From positions 6,855-70,854 of the forward strand of contig CAZDWN010000003.1 of the NCBI GenBank assembly GCA_964509365.1: a DNA stretch of 64,000 bases, in the 5' to 3' direction. Below are positions 38,761 to 49,179 of this stretch, one piece after another; positions within the stretch are counted from its first letter, which is position 1; every line of letters begins with the position of its first letter. The notes beneath the pieces were generated by a model. It did no database searches and was not told the origin of the DNA. It saw nothing but the letters and a program-made list of their open reading frames with translations. Both the position numbers and the translations under genes were made by a program. Origin of the DNA: an uncultured Pseudomonadales bacterium (GTDB taxonomy: Bacteria; Patescibacteriota; Microgenomatia; UBA1400; UBA12028).

Positions 38761-40680
38761 AGCATTCAGCAGAGTATTGAGCTCGATGGAAGCGACGGCG
38801 CAGAACTGATCGGCACCACCATAGTAGAGGAAAAGCACTCCATCTTTCACGACCGATCCGCACACAAAAATCGTCCCAGGTCGAAGCCCATCATTTTCAT
38901 ATGCAAGCTCAGGCTCAAGAATAGGTTGATCAAGTCGGGAGAGAATATGATCAGGATAGTCAAGATCAAGTAGCATCGCGCCCTGTCGGTATTTTCGATC
39001 AACGGAACTGATTCCGTGATAGATAAGTAACCACCCTTTTTCTGTCTTGATCGGGGGACAACTCACGCCAATTTTGATGTCATCCCATTTCCCTTTTCGC
39101 GGATGCATGAAAATAGTCCCAGTCAAAAATGGCTTTTTTATAAATTCCAGGCTGTCGACCGCATCGATCCACATATCTGGGTCGAGTCGATGGAAGAAGT
39201 AATACTTATTTCTGATCATTTCAGGGAACATCACGACGTCTTTATCATTCAGCCGCGGATCTGTGATGATGATCGAACGAGTCCAGTTCCATTCGCGGTG
39301 AAGAAAATCATCGACACTGATCGATGTAAGCGCCACTTTGGTGGTACTTTGGGCATCGTAGGCTGTGTACGTCATATAAATGCGATTCCCAATCTTGGTC
39401 AGTCGAGGGTCTTCGCAGCCACTGTTCCCAGGTCGCTTCTTGAGCTCAGGCTCGTCTCTTGGTAGATAAATAGGAGTAGCTAACCGTTCGTCGATATGAA
39501 ACCCATCTTGACTGGTTGCATAGCCGATGACTGAGATATCTTCGCTGCCCATGGCACGATACAAAATATGTATTTTCTCTCCTTCAAGGATCGCAGCCGG
39601 ATTGAGCACATATTTATTTTCCCATCCGTGATCAGAGATCGGAGCGAGGATTGGATTGGCATCAGACCGACTCATGATCAATTTTTTATCAGGTATCAAT
39701 CGAGTCGGATGATCAGAAATTAATTTCAGTCGATGAAGGAGTTTCGGCAGCGAGAGTTTGGCGACACAGCACGTCGTATCAGAAGCGCCATACGCAATAT
39801 ACAGTTCGTCATTTTCGATCAGCGCTCCAGTTGGGAAGACGATATTCGGTACCATACCTTGGCGCTCGTAGTTTGCTTCTGGAAGCATAAGCGGTTGCTC
39901 GGTACGTGAAATAATCTTCCACGGTTCATTTGTATCAAACAGGATGGCTTCGATTCCAAATACTTTGTGGTCACTGTGATAATTTCCTATGTGCGAATAA
40001 ATGAGTAGCCAGCCGTCTTGGGTGAGTACTGGAGGAGCTCCGACTTCTACATGGTCATCATCACCTCGCAGGAGATCAAGTGTGTGCGCATCGATATCCT
40101 TGTACCACGCGTCCCAAAATGCGGGACTCCACATCTCTTCTTCCTGTTGGAATTCGACATAACAAATTTTAACTGGAGGCATGTCTGTATGCACGGTAAG
40201 GAACGCTGCAAACTTGCCGTTAATTTTCTGTGGAAAGAGGACCATCGCTTTACTATTAAACGGAGTCACCGGCTGCTTTTCGAAATGAACGAAATCAGTG
40301 GTCTTGGCGATAGCGATCTTGATGCCGTCGGCAGTAAACGGATACGTCGAGAGTGCGGTGTACGTAATGTAATACGTTCCTTCGATGCATACCATGCGAG
40401 GATCTTCGCATCCATATTTTTCCCAGGCAAACTCTGGACGAATAAGCTGCTGTCGATTTTGAAAATGTACGCCATCGCTACTTTGTACGTAGCCAATCGT
40501 ACTTTGTTGCATCATGACTCCCTCATGATCACTCATTGATGAGAGCGCACGATACACACAGTGATATACCCCTGTAGATGATTTGACTACACAAGGGTTG
40601 AAAACTGCTTCTGACTCCCAGGCATTCATTCGATTGGGAATGAGGATCGGATTTGATTCAAACCGCGTTACGCTCACCAT
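38752..40680 (-). CDS. Tandem-domain GH130/DUF377 family glycosidase or sugar phosphorylase
   Basis: Two GCEDPR(M/L) motifs about 340 aa apart, NPAAI and YGASD-like motifs, beta-propeller-like repeats. Confidence 0.65.
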   Translation of the reverse strand: MVSVTRFESNPILIPNRMNAWESEAVFNPCVVKSSTGVYHCVYRALSSMSDHEGVMMQQSTIGYVQSSDGVHFQNRQQLIRPEFAWEKYGCEDPRMVCIEGTYYITYTALSTYPFTADGIKIAIAKTTDFVHFEKQPVTPFNSKAMVLFPQKINGKFAAFLTVHTDMPPVKICYVEFQQEEEMWSPAFWDAWYKDIDAHTLDLLRGDDDHVEVGAPPVLTQDGWLLIYSHIGNYHSDHKVFGIEAILFDTNEPWKIISRTEQPLMLPEANYERQGMVPNIVFPTGALIENDELYIAYGASDTTCCVAKLSLPKLLHRLKLISDHPTRLIPDKKLIMSRSDANPILAPISDHGWENKYVLNPAAILEGEKIHILYRAMGSEDISVIGYATSQDGFHIDERLATPIYLPRDEPELKKRPGNSGCEDPRLTKIGNRIYMTYTAYDAQSTTKVALTSISVDDFLHREWNWTRSIIITDPRLNDKDVVMFPEMIRNKYYFFHRLDPDMWIDAVDSLEFIKKPFLTGTIFMHPRKGKWDDIKIGVSCPPIKTEKGWLLIYHGISSVDRKYRQGAMLLDLDYPDHILSRLDQPILEPELAYENDGLRPGTIFVCGSVVKDGVLFLYYGGADQFCAVASIELNTLLNALS

Positions 40681-40684
40681 AGGT

Positions 40685-42523
40685 TTATCTTACTTTATGT
40701 GTGCTATGAATGTTCACTGGTTTGAGCACTGCAGTTCCAGACTCTTTGAGCTCTGCAAGAAATTCGTCGAGATGTGCAGTCGCGGCGCACACGACCATAT
40801 CCGCCCCGCCATAATACACATAGAGCAGTCCATCGACGACGACAGCTCCGCATGGATAGGCCACTCCAGATTTCCAGCCATTGTTTTCATGATCGTGATC
40901 AGGAGCTAGGATAGGGGATACACTTCGATACAGGACTTTCGTCGGATCCTGCAAATCTAAAAGCATTGCGCCCATTTTGTATCGCCCTGGATCGGACTCA
41001 CCGACTGAGTGATAGATCAGGAGCCATCCGTCTTTCGTTTTTATTGGAGGAGCACCCGCTCCCACTTTACGATTATCCCAACCAGTACGCGTCGGCGTGA
41101 TTTTATGTTCTCCTTTGAGATATGTCTCACCATCAAAATCAAGTGAGTCGACATAATCAAGTAAGATGTCAGGATAAATGCGATGCAAGACCACATATTT
41201 GCCATTTACTTTTTCAGGGAAAATTACTGCATTCTTATCCACGACACCTGGTGGTGAAATCAGGACTGGTTTTGCCCAGTTCCATACGCGATTCACAAAA
41301 TTCTCTACTGAGATAGAAGACAACGCGACGCGAGGTGGTCCCCATCCATTGTATGCGACATAGACGAGATACAGTGTGTCATCAATTCGCGTTAAGCGAG
41401 GGTCTTCACAGCCACCCCATCCGCCGCCCCCTGATTCATATACAGAGTGATACGGGGTCGTTGACGTCTTGCGAATCGCTCCACTCGGTGCTCCTTCAAA
41501 ACTTTCGCGTGGAATGTATGCTGGATCGTCAGTCCGCTCGAATCTGATGCCATCCGCACTGACAGCATATCCCATGACCGACACATCATTATCTCCGATA
41601 GCTCGATAGAGCAGATGAACGTTCCCGTCGATCGTGATCGCAGCTGGGTTGAATGTCGCTTTTGATTCCCAGTAGTGACAAGAAACTGGTGACAAGAGAG
41701 GATTTTGTGTCAAGCGGACTAAATTGGTAGCAAGCGCCGTTGGCGCCTTGATATGACGAAGGGAAGCATGCGTAATTGCAAAGATTCCTTCTTCATGAAA
41801 ATCCCAATAGGAGATGAGCTTTCGGTCGAAGTACACTACTCCAACTGGTGCGACGTCCGATCCGATCCACGCATCTGACTGTTCCCACAACGGATGTGAC
41901 TGTTGGAGTACACGTGTCGGATCAGCTGGATCCAAAAACACCGCGTGCAATGAATAAAAAGAACCCTCGATCTCTCTTCCTTTTGCAAGGTAAATGAGAA
42001 GGATCCCTGAAGCGGTTACCAGTGCACGCTGAGGAAGAAGTGAAGCACTCCCATACTTATCATCATGAGGCAAAATAATTGGTCTCCGCTCCATTTCCCA
42101 GGATTTTCCATCGATTGATTTCGCAAGGTGGATGCCATCAATCCCTACAAATGCATACGTAGGCAAAAGCGATGGTGTGCACAAGACGACATTCTTGCTC
42201 AAGCCATTCATCACATCGACAGTCTGCCAACGTATCCCATCTGGTGAAGTCGCTTGGTAGACGATGTCGCTCTCATCAAGCGTGTAGAGAAGTGAAAACA
42301 GGGAACCATCACTTGATGGTGAAAATGAAGAAAAACGCTCAGGAGAGATTTGAGCTCCTTGCTGATCAAGCACGGATGGCGTCTCTGAATCTTGATGAAT
42401 CTCAATACCATTTTTTGAGTATGCAGTGTGAAGTGTCCAGTTTGAGTCAACGAGATCGCGATAGTAAATAACGACTTGATGTGAGAGTGCGATGGCGCCG
42501 AGTCCAATACGATGACGTTGCAT
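40685..42523 (-). CDS. GH130/DUF377 family protein with a degenerate N-terminal propeller and a canonical C-terminal GH130 domain
   Basis: GCEDPRLTRIDDTLYLVYVAYNG, FNPAAI, C-terminal YYGGAD. Confidence 0.6.
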   Translation of the reverse strand: MQRHRIGLGAIALSHQVVIYYRDLVDSNWTLHTAYSKNGIEIHQDSETPSVLDQQGAQISPERFSSFSPSSDGSLFSLLYTLDESDIVYQATSPDGIRWQTVDVMNGLSKNVVLCTPSLLPTYAFVGIDGIHLAKSIDGKSWEMERRPIILPHDDKYGSASLLPQRALVTASGILLIYLAKGREIEGSFYSLHAVFLDPADPTRVLQQSHPLWEQSDAWIGSDVAPVGVVYFDRKLISYWDFHEEGIFAITHASLRHIKAPTALATNLVRLTQNPLLSPVSCHYWESKATFNPAAITIDGNVHLLYRAIGDNDVSVMGYAVSADGIRFERTDDPAYIPRESFEGAPSGAIRKTSTTPYHSVYESGGGGWGGCEDPRLTRIDDTLYLVYVAYNGWGPPRVALSSISVENFVNRVWNWAKPVLISPPGVVDKNAVIFPEKVNGKYVVLHRIYPDILLDYVDSLDFDGETYLKGEHKITPTRTGWDNRKVGAGAPPIKTKDGWLLIYHSVGESDPGRYKMGAMLLDLQDPTKVLYRSVSPILAPDHDHENNGWKSGVAYPCGAVVVDGLLYVYYGGADMVVCAATAHLDEFLAELKESGTAVLKPVNIHSTHKVR

Positions 42524-42637
42524 AACGTGTGCTTACGAAAAACAACTCATACAGCTAGTGATGAGTATCTATTCAGCATAATAAACGGATACATCTGTGT
42601 CTATGACTGAAATCACGTTCCAGAGTTGGAATGACAT

Positions 42638-42943
42638 CTATACAAATGAGATTTCAACGCCTACCAAATCGACAAGTTTAAAGTCTTTTTTTACTTCTGC
42701 CCAAAATTTCTCAGATACTTTCGCTGAAAACACGCTGTTGTGACCGCGTTCCATTTGTTGGCACAGTCTGGAGTCCCATTCTTCCATGACTGCTCTCGCT
42801 TGCGCACCTATTCGATCAAATTCATTTTTGACACTCATGTCTCGTTGGTTTGATGCATAGCTGTCATGGATATCTTGAAATTGACTCAATATGTCTTTGT
42901 GGGCGTCCCACATTTGTTGATAATATTTTTCGAACTTTGTCAT
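42638..42943 (-). CDS. Hypothetical small protein
   Basis: 101-aa ORF with no recognisable motif. Confidence 0.3.
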   Translation of the reverse strand: MTKFEKYYQQMWDAHKDILSQFQDIHDSYASNQRDMSVKNEFDRIGAQARAVMEEWDSRLCQQMERGHNSVFSAKVSEKFWAEVKKDFKLVDLVGVEISFV

Positions 42944-43029
42944 AAGTTATATAGACTACTGGCCAAATTCCGTAGGGTCAAGTGTCTAGTTTCAATTCGC
43001 GGCGAGCCCAGCTATAGTTAGAGAAGAGT

Positions 43030-44049
43030 ATGTCATTTTCGTCACTAAAAAATAAATGGGTAGTAGTCGCCATAGTGATCCTCCTCGGGATCATTGGCTA
43101 CGTTATCTACAGTCGGCGCTCTCAGCCAAAAGCGCTCACCACTGCACATCCAGTGCGAGGCATTGTCGAGCAAACGATCGACGTACCTGGGAAAGTCGAT
43201 GCCGGCATCAAAGCTGACTTACGGTTTTTGGCCGGCGGGAAACTCGTGTCGCTTCCGGTGGCAGAAGGTCAGGAAGTCAAGAAAGGCCAGCGACTTGCAA
43301 GTATCGACGCGAGTGATCTTCAAAAAAACTTACAAAGTTCATTACTCGATTACTCCTCCACTCGGTCTGACTTTGAGCAAGGCATCGATGATCGCAAAGA
43401 TCGTGCCCTGACAGACTCGCTACGCCGTGCTGCTGATAAGCTACAGAACTCACTTGATAAATCCGTTGTCTCCGTAGAGCTGAGAGACATAGCCATCAAG
43501 AACGCAAGTTTGATCTCTCCAATTACTGGCATCGTCACGTCAGTGCCAGTCACAACTCCTGGTGTCCAGGTGCTCGCAACCGATGTCTTCGAAGTCGTTG
43601 ATCCAAATACTTTATATTTTGAAGCCGAAGTCGATGAAGTTGATGTCGGCTCAGTCACTGTAGGGACTCCAGTGCGACTTTCTTTGGATGCATATCCAGA
43701 TGAGCGTGTCGATGGAGTGATTCAGTCAATCGGACTCAAGGCTCGCAGTTCAAGTAAGTCGAGTGGAGGGACGATCTTTCCTGTCAAAGTCTATCTTCCG
43801 AATATTTCAATCTCCAAGTTTCGCCTTGGGATGAATGGGACGATGACTATCATTATCGCCAGTAAGGGAAATGTCCTTTCAGTCCCGCTCGAGTCGACAA
43901 GTCAAACCGATGGAAAGACGACGGTACGTGTCAAATCTTCATCAAACCCGACTGGTGACGTGCGTCAAATTCAGACAGGGATAGAGGGGGCAACGACTGT
44001 CGAAGTAATCTCAGGTTTGAGCGAGTCTGACGAAGTCATCCTCCCCTAA
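43030..44049 (+). CDS. Efflux transporter periplasmic adaptor (HlyD/MacA-like membrane fusion protein)
   Basis: N-terminal TM, coiled-coil and beta-barrel and lipoyl-like regions; immediately followed by ABC ATPase and FtsX permease genes. Confidence 0.75.
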   Translation: MSFSSLKNKWVVVAIVILLGIIGYVIYSRRSQPKALTTAHPVRGIVEQTIDVPGKVDAGIKADLRFLAGGKLVSLPVAEGQEVKKGQRLASIDASDLQKNLQSSLLDYSSTRSDFEQGIDDRKDRALTDSLRRAADKLQNSLDKSVVSVELRDIAIKNASLISPITGIVTSVPVTTPGVQVLATDVFEVVDPNTLYFEAEVDEVDVGSVTVGTPVRLSLDAYPDERVDGVIQSIGLKARSSSKSSGGTIFPVKVYLPNISISKFRLGMNGTMTIIIASKGNVLSVPLESTSQTDGKTTVRVKSSSNPTGDVRQIQTGIEGATTVEVISGLSESDEVILP

Positions 44050-44057
44050 AAGTATTT

Positions 44058-44738
44058 ATGTTGCTTTCACTTCAAAAAGTATTTAAGACCTACAAAGTCG
44101 GCGATCAAGAAATAGGTGCGCTTCGAGGCATCGATCTTTCAATCGAAGAGGGAGAATATGTTTCCATCATGGGCCCCTCTGGCTCAGGCAAATCAACTCT
44201 TCTGCAGATCATGAGTCTCCTGGATACTCCGACGAGTGGCAGTATCCGGCTGCAAGACATGAATGTCGAAAAATATTCTGAGACGCAACTTGCGGCAGTA
44301 CGAAACAAACAAATCGGATTTGTATTTCAGCAGTTTAATTTACTTGCCAAGACAAGTGCCCTTGATAATGTAGCTTTACCGCTCGTCTATGCAAATATAC
44401 CTGCGCAGGCTCGTCATGAACGTGCAAAAAAAATGCTTGAGATGGTCGGTTTAGGAGATCGATTGGAAAACACGAGAGCGCAATTGTCAGGTGGCCAGCA
44501 GCAACGAGTAGCCATTGCTCGCGCCTTGGTCAACAATCCGGTTATTCTGTTCGCAGATGAACCCACAGGTAATCTTGATAGCAAGTCCGGGAGCGAAGTC
44601 ATGGCATTGTTTGATGAATTAAACACAGAAGGAAAAACAATCGTACTCGTGACCCATGAGCCAGATATCGCGCTTCATGCGAAGCGGCAAGTCGTGGTAA
44701 AGGATGGCCAAGTGTTAACTGATTCGAAAAAAAAGTAG
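44058..44738 (+). CDS. ABC transporter ATP-binding protein (MacB/LolD-like)
   Basis: Walker A GPSGSGKST, signature LSGGQQQRVAIARAL, Walker B ILFADEPTGNLD. Confidence 0.9.
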   Translation: MLLSLQKVFKTYKVGDQEIGALRGIDLSIEEGEYVSIMGPSGSGKSTLLQIMSLLDTPTSGSIRLQDMNVEKYSETQLAAVRNKQIGFVFQQFNLLAKTSALDNVALPLVYANIPAQARHERAKKMLEMVGLGDRLENTRAQLSGGQQQRVAIARALVNNPVILFADEPTGNLDSKSGSEVMALFDELNTEGKTIVLVTHEPDIALHAKRQVVVKDGQVLTDSKKK

Positions 44739-44742
44739 CAAT

Positions 44743-45957
44743 ATGCAAACAATTTTGAGCGCATTTCCCATCGCCTTTGGAGCCATCTTTGCGAATAAGA
44801 CGCGTGCGCTGCTCACGATGCTGGGAATTATCATTGGTGTTGGCTCGGTTATTCTCCTTACTTCCATTGGCAATGGGTTGCAAACATATATCACCGGTCA
44901 GTTTGATGCACTTGGAGCAAGCAACATTTCGATCCTTCCCGGAGATATCTTTGGAGAGAGTGGAGGCTTTGACCGTGAAAAACAAATAGCAGCTTTCTCA
45001 AATAATAAGCTTCGTTTGCGAGATGCAAAAAGTATTGAACGCCTTCGCGAACATGTCGTCGCTGTCGCGCCACAATATCAAAACAGCAGCAAAATTTCGT
45101 TTCTTCAAAAAAGTAAAAGTACTACGATTGTAGGGACGTCAGCAGCATACAGTGGTGTGACGAATACGAAGACGATCAAAGGACGTTTTTTCACTCCCGC
45201 CGAAGATGTGGCAAACACGCCGGTGGCCGTGCTCGGATTTCAAATTGCCAAAGAATTGTTTGGTGACAATGATCCCGTCGGTAAGAAAGTGACCATCGCG
45301 AGTCAAGGCTTCCGAGTGGTCGGCGTTGCTTCCGAAAAAGGCGGTGGATTTGGCGGACCATCATTTGACACCTATGTCTTCATCCCAATTGAACTCGCGC
45401 AACGGATGTTTTCGGGACAAGCAATTACGCAAATGACAGTCCAAGCGAAATCTCGCGAAGAGATTCCTTTGGCGATCGCAGATATCAAAAAAGAGTTAGG
45501 GAAACGTCTTGCCAAAGATGAGTTTTCTGTTTTTGATCAGCGACAAATCCTCGACACAATCAATCAGATCTTGAGCGTTTTGACGATTGGTCTTGGAGGC
45601 ATTGCTGCCATTAGTTTGGTTGTCGGTGGCATCGGCATTCTCAATATTATGCTCGTCTCTGTCATCGAACGTACACGAGAGATCGGATTGCGAAAAGCGT
45701 TGGGAGCTACTCCAAACGTGATCCTCATTCAGTTTTTGATCGAAGCAGCGACACTTTCGATTTTTGGAGGCATGATTGGGACGCTATTAGCGTATGTGCT
45801 CACGCTGATCCTCAATCGCTTTATTCCGGCCACTGTGACGCTCGATGCAGTCGCGTTGGCATTTGGAGTGAGTGCCGCTGTAGGAATCGTTTTTGGTGTG
45901 ATCCCGGCTCGTCGCGCGAGCAAACTCTCCCCGATCGAGGCCCTTCGCTACGAATAA
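44743..45957 (+). CDS. ABC transporter permease, FtsX/MacB family
   Basis: MacB-like periplasmic domain followed by four TM segments; C-terminal LSPIEALRYE. Confidence 0.85.
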   Translation: MQTILSAFPIAFGAIFANKTRALLTMLGIIIGVGSVILLTSIGNGLQTYITGQFDALGASNISILPGDIFGESGGFDREKQIAAFSNNKLRLRDAKSIERLREHVVAVAPQYQNSSKISFLQKSKSTTIVGTSAAYSGVTNTKTIKGRFFTPAEDVANTPVAVLGFQIAKELFGDNDPVGKKVTIASQGFRVVGVASEKGGGFGGPSFDTYVFIPIELAQRMFSGQAITQMTVQAKSREEIPLAIADIKKELGKRLAKDEFSVFDQRQILDTINQILSVLTIGLGGIAAISLVVGGIGILNIMLVSVIERTREIGLRKALGATPNVILIQFLIEAATLSIFGGMIGTLLAYVLTLILNRFIPATVTLDAVALAFGVSAAVGIVFGVIPARRASKLSPIEALRYE

Positions 45958-45982
45958 GCTCTTTCTCTGGTAAAATAGGGGA

Positions 45983-47137
45983 ATGCCTAGTTATTTTATC
46001 CACACGTTTGGATGTCAATCCAATAAGTCAGATTCCGAGCGAGTCGCAGGGGACTACGAAGCGCGTGGATTTTCGGAAGCCTCAGATTGGAAGGACGCCG
46101 ATGAGATCATCGTCAATACCTGTGCGATCCGCCAATCTGCGGAAGATCGAGCTCGAGGCTTTTTGTACAATGTCGTCACTCACTTTGAGACTATCGGCGC
46201 GCCAAAACCAAAGGTCATTCTCACGGGATGCATGACGCATCATGGTCATGACAAGATTTACGAGATGCTCCCAATGGTCGATGAGATCCTCCCTATCAAT
46301 GAAGTGGGATTCAATTCTGCCGTCGTCCGCAAAGATAAAAAGCATGCGTGGATCCCAATCTCAGCAGGCTGTAACTCATTTTGTACGTACTGTATCGTGC
46401 CGTATTCTAGAGGGCGCGAGCAGTCGAGATCGTATGAAAGTATCATGACTGAAGTCGAGAAATTGGTCTCGCAAGGATACAGCGAAATTACGCTATTGGG
46501 ACAAAACGTCAACTCCTGGGGACTAGAAAAAGAGGGGATCGGTTTGCGAAAAATGATGATGCGAGAAGAGCATGCACTCAAACGAGAAGATATCCCCGAC
46601 AACTCAACCCAGTATGAAAAACCAACCGGCCTACCGCCATTTGTGATGTTGTTGCAGTCCATTTCAAAATTCCCTCAAATTCAAAAAATACGATTTCTGA
46701 CGAGTAACCCTTGGGACTTTCACGATGAGCTGATCGATGAGATCGCAAACAATCCAAAAATTGACCGATTCATTCACTTACCACTGCAATCTGGGAGCAA
46801 TGGGGTACTTCACCGTATGAACCGTGGCTACACCAAAGAGCATTATCGCGAGATCATTCGAAAACTTCGGGCAAAAGTCCCAGACATTGTCATCGGCACA
46901 GACATTATCGTCGGATTCTCTGGCGAGACTAAAGCGGAATTCACCGAGTCCGTAGAGTTTGCCAAAGAGATGGATTGGAAGCTGGGATTTGTGGCTCAGT
47001 ACTCGCCGCGACCGGGAACCTCAGGATGGAAGTTGTACCCTGACGATATCCCACAAAAAGAAAAAAAACGTCGTTGGGAAGTTTTGGATCAAATTATTAA
47101 CAAGGACAACTTACATGTACGACCAAAAGTGGTGTAA
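45983..47137 (+). CDS. miaB: MiaB-like radical-SAM tRNA methylthiotransferase, apparently lacking a C-terminal TRAM domain
   Basis: N-terminal MTTase motif IHTFGCQSN, radical-SAM SAGCNSFCTYC; 384 aa, ending shortly after the radical-SAM core. Confidence 0.75.
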   Translation: MPSYFIHTFGCQSNKSDSERVAGDYEARGFSEASDWKDADEIIVNTCAIRQSAEDRARGFLYNVVTHFETIGAPKPKVILTGCMTHHGHDKIYEMLPMVDEILPINEVGFNSAVVRKDKKHAWIPISAGCNSFCTYCIVPYSRGREQSRSYESIMTEVEKLVSQGYSEITLLGQNVNSWGLEKEGIGLRKMMMREEHALKREDIPDNSTQYEKPTGLPPFVMLLQSISKFPQIQKIRFLTSNPWDFHDELIDEIANNPKIDRFIHLPLQSGSNGVLHRMNRGYTKEHYREIIRKLRAKVPDIVIGTDIIVGFSGETKAEFTESVEFAKEMDWKLGFVAQYSPRPGTSGWKLYPDDIPQKEKKRRWEVLDQIINKDNLHVRPKVV

Positions 47138-47143
47138 TTTGCA

Positions 47144-48097
47144 TTGCATATGAAACCACTCGTCATCGTCGGACCGACATCATCGGGGAAAACCAGTCTC
47201 TCTTTTTGGATCGCGACGCAGGCTCCTCCAGAACTCGTCTCGCAAGGTGTCGACATCCTCGTACTGGATTCAAAGCAAGTCTACAAACATCAAAATGTCG
47301 TCACCGGTAAAGATCTCCCCAGCGCGAGTGAACTGAAGAAAATGCATGTCCGCATCTTTGGAGTCGATATCGTGAATCCAGATGAAGAGTGGTCAGTGGC
47401 TCAAAGTATCTCATACGCAGAATTTGTCATCAGACAGGCCAGAGAAGAAAATCGGTTTCTCATCATCGTCGGCGGCACTCCTCAATATTTACTCTCAGTG
47501 TTTGAAAAGAAAACATCGTTTTTCGTCCAACCAAATGTAGTGTTACGAGCCAAACTCGAGTCCCAAAGCGTCGAAGTCTTACAAGCTCAACTTCGAGAAC
47601 TGGATCGGCGCAAACTCGAATCATTCAATCATTCGGATCGACATAATCCGCGACGATTGATCAGGGCGATAGAAGTAGCGACGAGCACCGTAGAACAGGA
47701 AGAAGACGATGAGCCGTTGCTTCTCATCAGCGAGTGTTGTTGGATCGGTTTGGCAACTGACAAAAAGACCCTCGAATCAAAGATCCGCGACCGAGTACTC
47801 TATCGACTCCAAAGTGGTGCGAAAGCAGAGTATAAAAAAATTTCTCAAACGTTCCCTCACTGGACGAAAGAAGCGAGAGCTGCGATCGGATACGCCGAGA
47901 TCAGTCAATTTGTTTCCGGAGAGATAACGGAAGATCAACTCATAGCAGTATGGACACTTCATGAAATCCAGTATGCCAAACGGCAAATGACTTGGTGGAA
48001 ACGAGAGCAACAGATCACTTGGTTTGAAGCAGCGAGTGAAACGTTGAAAGAGCAGGTATTATCGCAACTGAAAAATTGCTACAATGTGACGACATGA
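47144..48097 (+). CDS. miaA: tRNA dimethylallyltransferase
   Basis: P-loop VIVGPTSSGKTSLS plus the DSKQVYK motif. Confidence 0.85.
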   Translation: MHMKPLVIVGPTSSGKTSLSFWIATQAPPELVSQGVDILVLDSKQVYKHQNVVTGKDLPSASELKKMHVRIFGVDIVNPDEEWSVAQSISYAEFVIRQAREENRFLIIVGGTPQYLLSVFEKKTSFFVQPNVVLRAKLESQSVEVLQAQLRELDRRKLESFNHSDRHNPRRLIRAIEVATSTVEQEEDDEPLLLISECCWIGLATDKKTLESKIRDRVLYRLQSGAKAEYKKISQTFPHWTKEARAAIGYAEISQFVSGEITEDQLIAVWTLHEIQYAKRQMTWWKREQQITWFEAASETLKEQVLSQLKNCYNVTT

Positions 48098-49119
48098 ACT
48101 CTTCACTCACTCATCGCATTGAGATCTCTGCAAAAACAATTATTACGATTTTGCTGATCGTCGCTGGACTGTTTATTGGTTCGCGTATCACCGATATCAT
48201 TGTCCAGCTTATGCTCGCGTTCGTCCTCATGACGGCGCTCAACCCTGCTGTCTCTCGACTGCAGAGACTGAAGTTCTCTCGATTCTTGGCGGTATTGTGG
48301 ATTTATGCGGTGCTCATCGGTTTACTCATTCTCTCAGTCGTTTTGGTCGTACCTCCTCTGGTGCAGCAGACGATTGGATTGGTCAATCGATTCGATATCC
48401 CCAAACTGCCTTTCCTCGATGAACTGAAGAATTTGCAGTTTTCAGTCACTGAGCTCAGTGATTTGTGGACGCAATACGGCACATCAGTAGGCGGGCTGAT
48501 CACATTCGTGACGTCGACATTTTCTGTCGTCTTCTCATTTTTCACCGTGCTCGTCATGACACTGTATCTCTTGCTTGAGCGAGACCATCTGTCTCGATAC
48601 ACCTATTTTATGTTTCAAACGGATGGCGAAGATCGAAGTAAGAAGCTATTTGATGCGATCGAGCGTGCACTTGGAAACTGGGTCCGTGGAGAATCACTGC
48701 TGATGCTCACGATCGGGACCATGACCTTTGTGGGATTGACGTTGATGGGAGTGCCATACGCGCTTCCACTTGCGATCACTGCAGGTATCTTGGAAGCACT
48801 TCCAAATATTGGACCCACATTTGCAGCTGTTCCAGCGATCGTCGTCGCACTCGTGACGGTGAGCCCGCTCATGGGAGGACTCGTGGCTGTCCTTTACTGG
48901 GCAATTCAAGCGCTTGAAAATAATTTCATTGTCCCGTTTGTGATGCGACGCGCGGTCGGCATCAATCCGCTGACTTCAATCGTGCTTATTTTGATTGGTC
49001 TGCGCTTTGGGGGAGTACTCGGTGCCTTGCTCGTCGTACCTTACTATATCGTTGTACGCGTAGTCCTTCGTGAGTTCGCGCCCGAAATCAAACATCTTTT
49101 CTCAACCAAAAACGAGTAA
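48094..49119 (+). CDS. AI-2E family transporter (PerM/UPF0118)
   Basis: Seven or eight TM segments with AI-2E-like topology; ATGA overlap with the miaA stop. Confidence 0.65.
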   Translation: MNSSLTHRIEISAKTIITILLIVAGLFIGSRITDIIVQLMLAFVLMTALNPAVSRLQRLKFSRFLAVLWIYAVLIGLLILSVVLVVPPLVQQTIGLVNRFDIPKLPFLDELKNLQFSVTELSDLWTQYGTSVGGLITFVTSTFSVVFSFFTVLVMTLYLLLERDHLSRYTYFMFQTDGEDRSKKLFDAIERALGNWVRGESLLMLTIGTMTFVGLTLMGVPYALPLAITAGILEALPNIGPTFAAVPAIVVALVTVSPLMGGLVAVLYWAIQALENNFIVPFVMRRAVGINPLTSIVLILIGLRFGGVLGALLVVPYYIVVRVVLREFAPEIKHLFSTKNE

Positions 49120-49179
49120 CTGTTCATGATTCTTCTTGATTCACTTGTTGTCTAGATGCTTGCCTTCGCAAGCATGACA

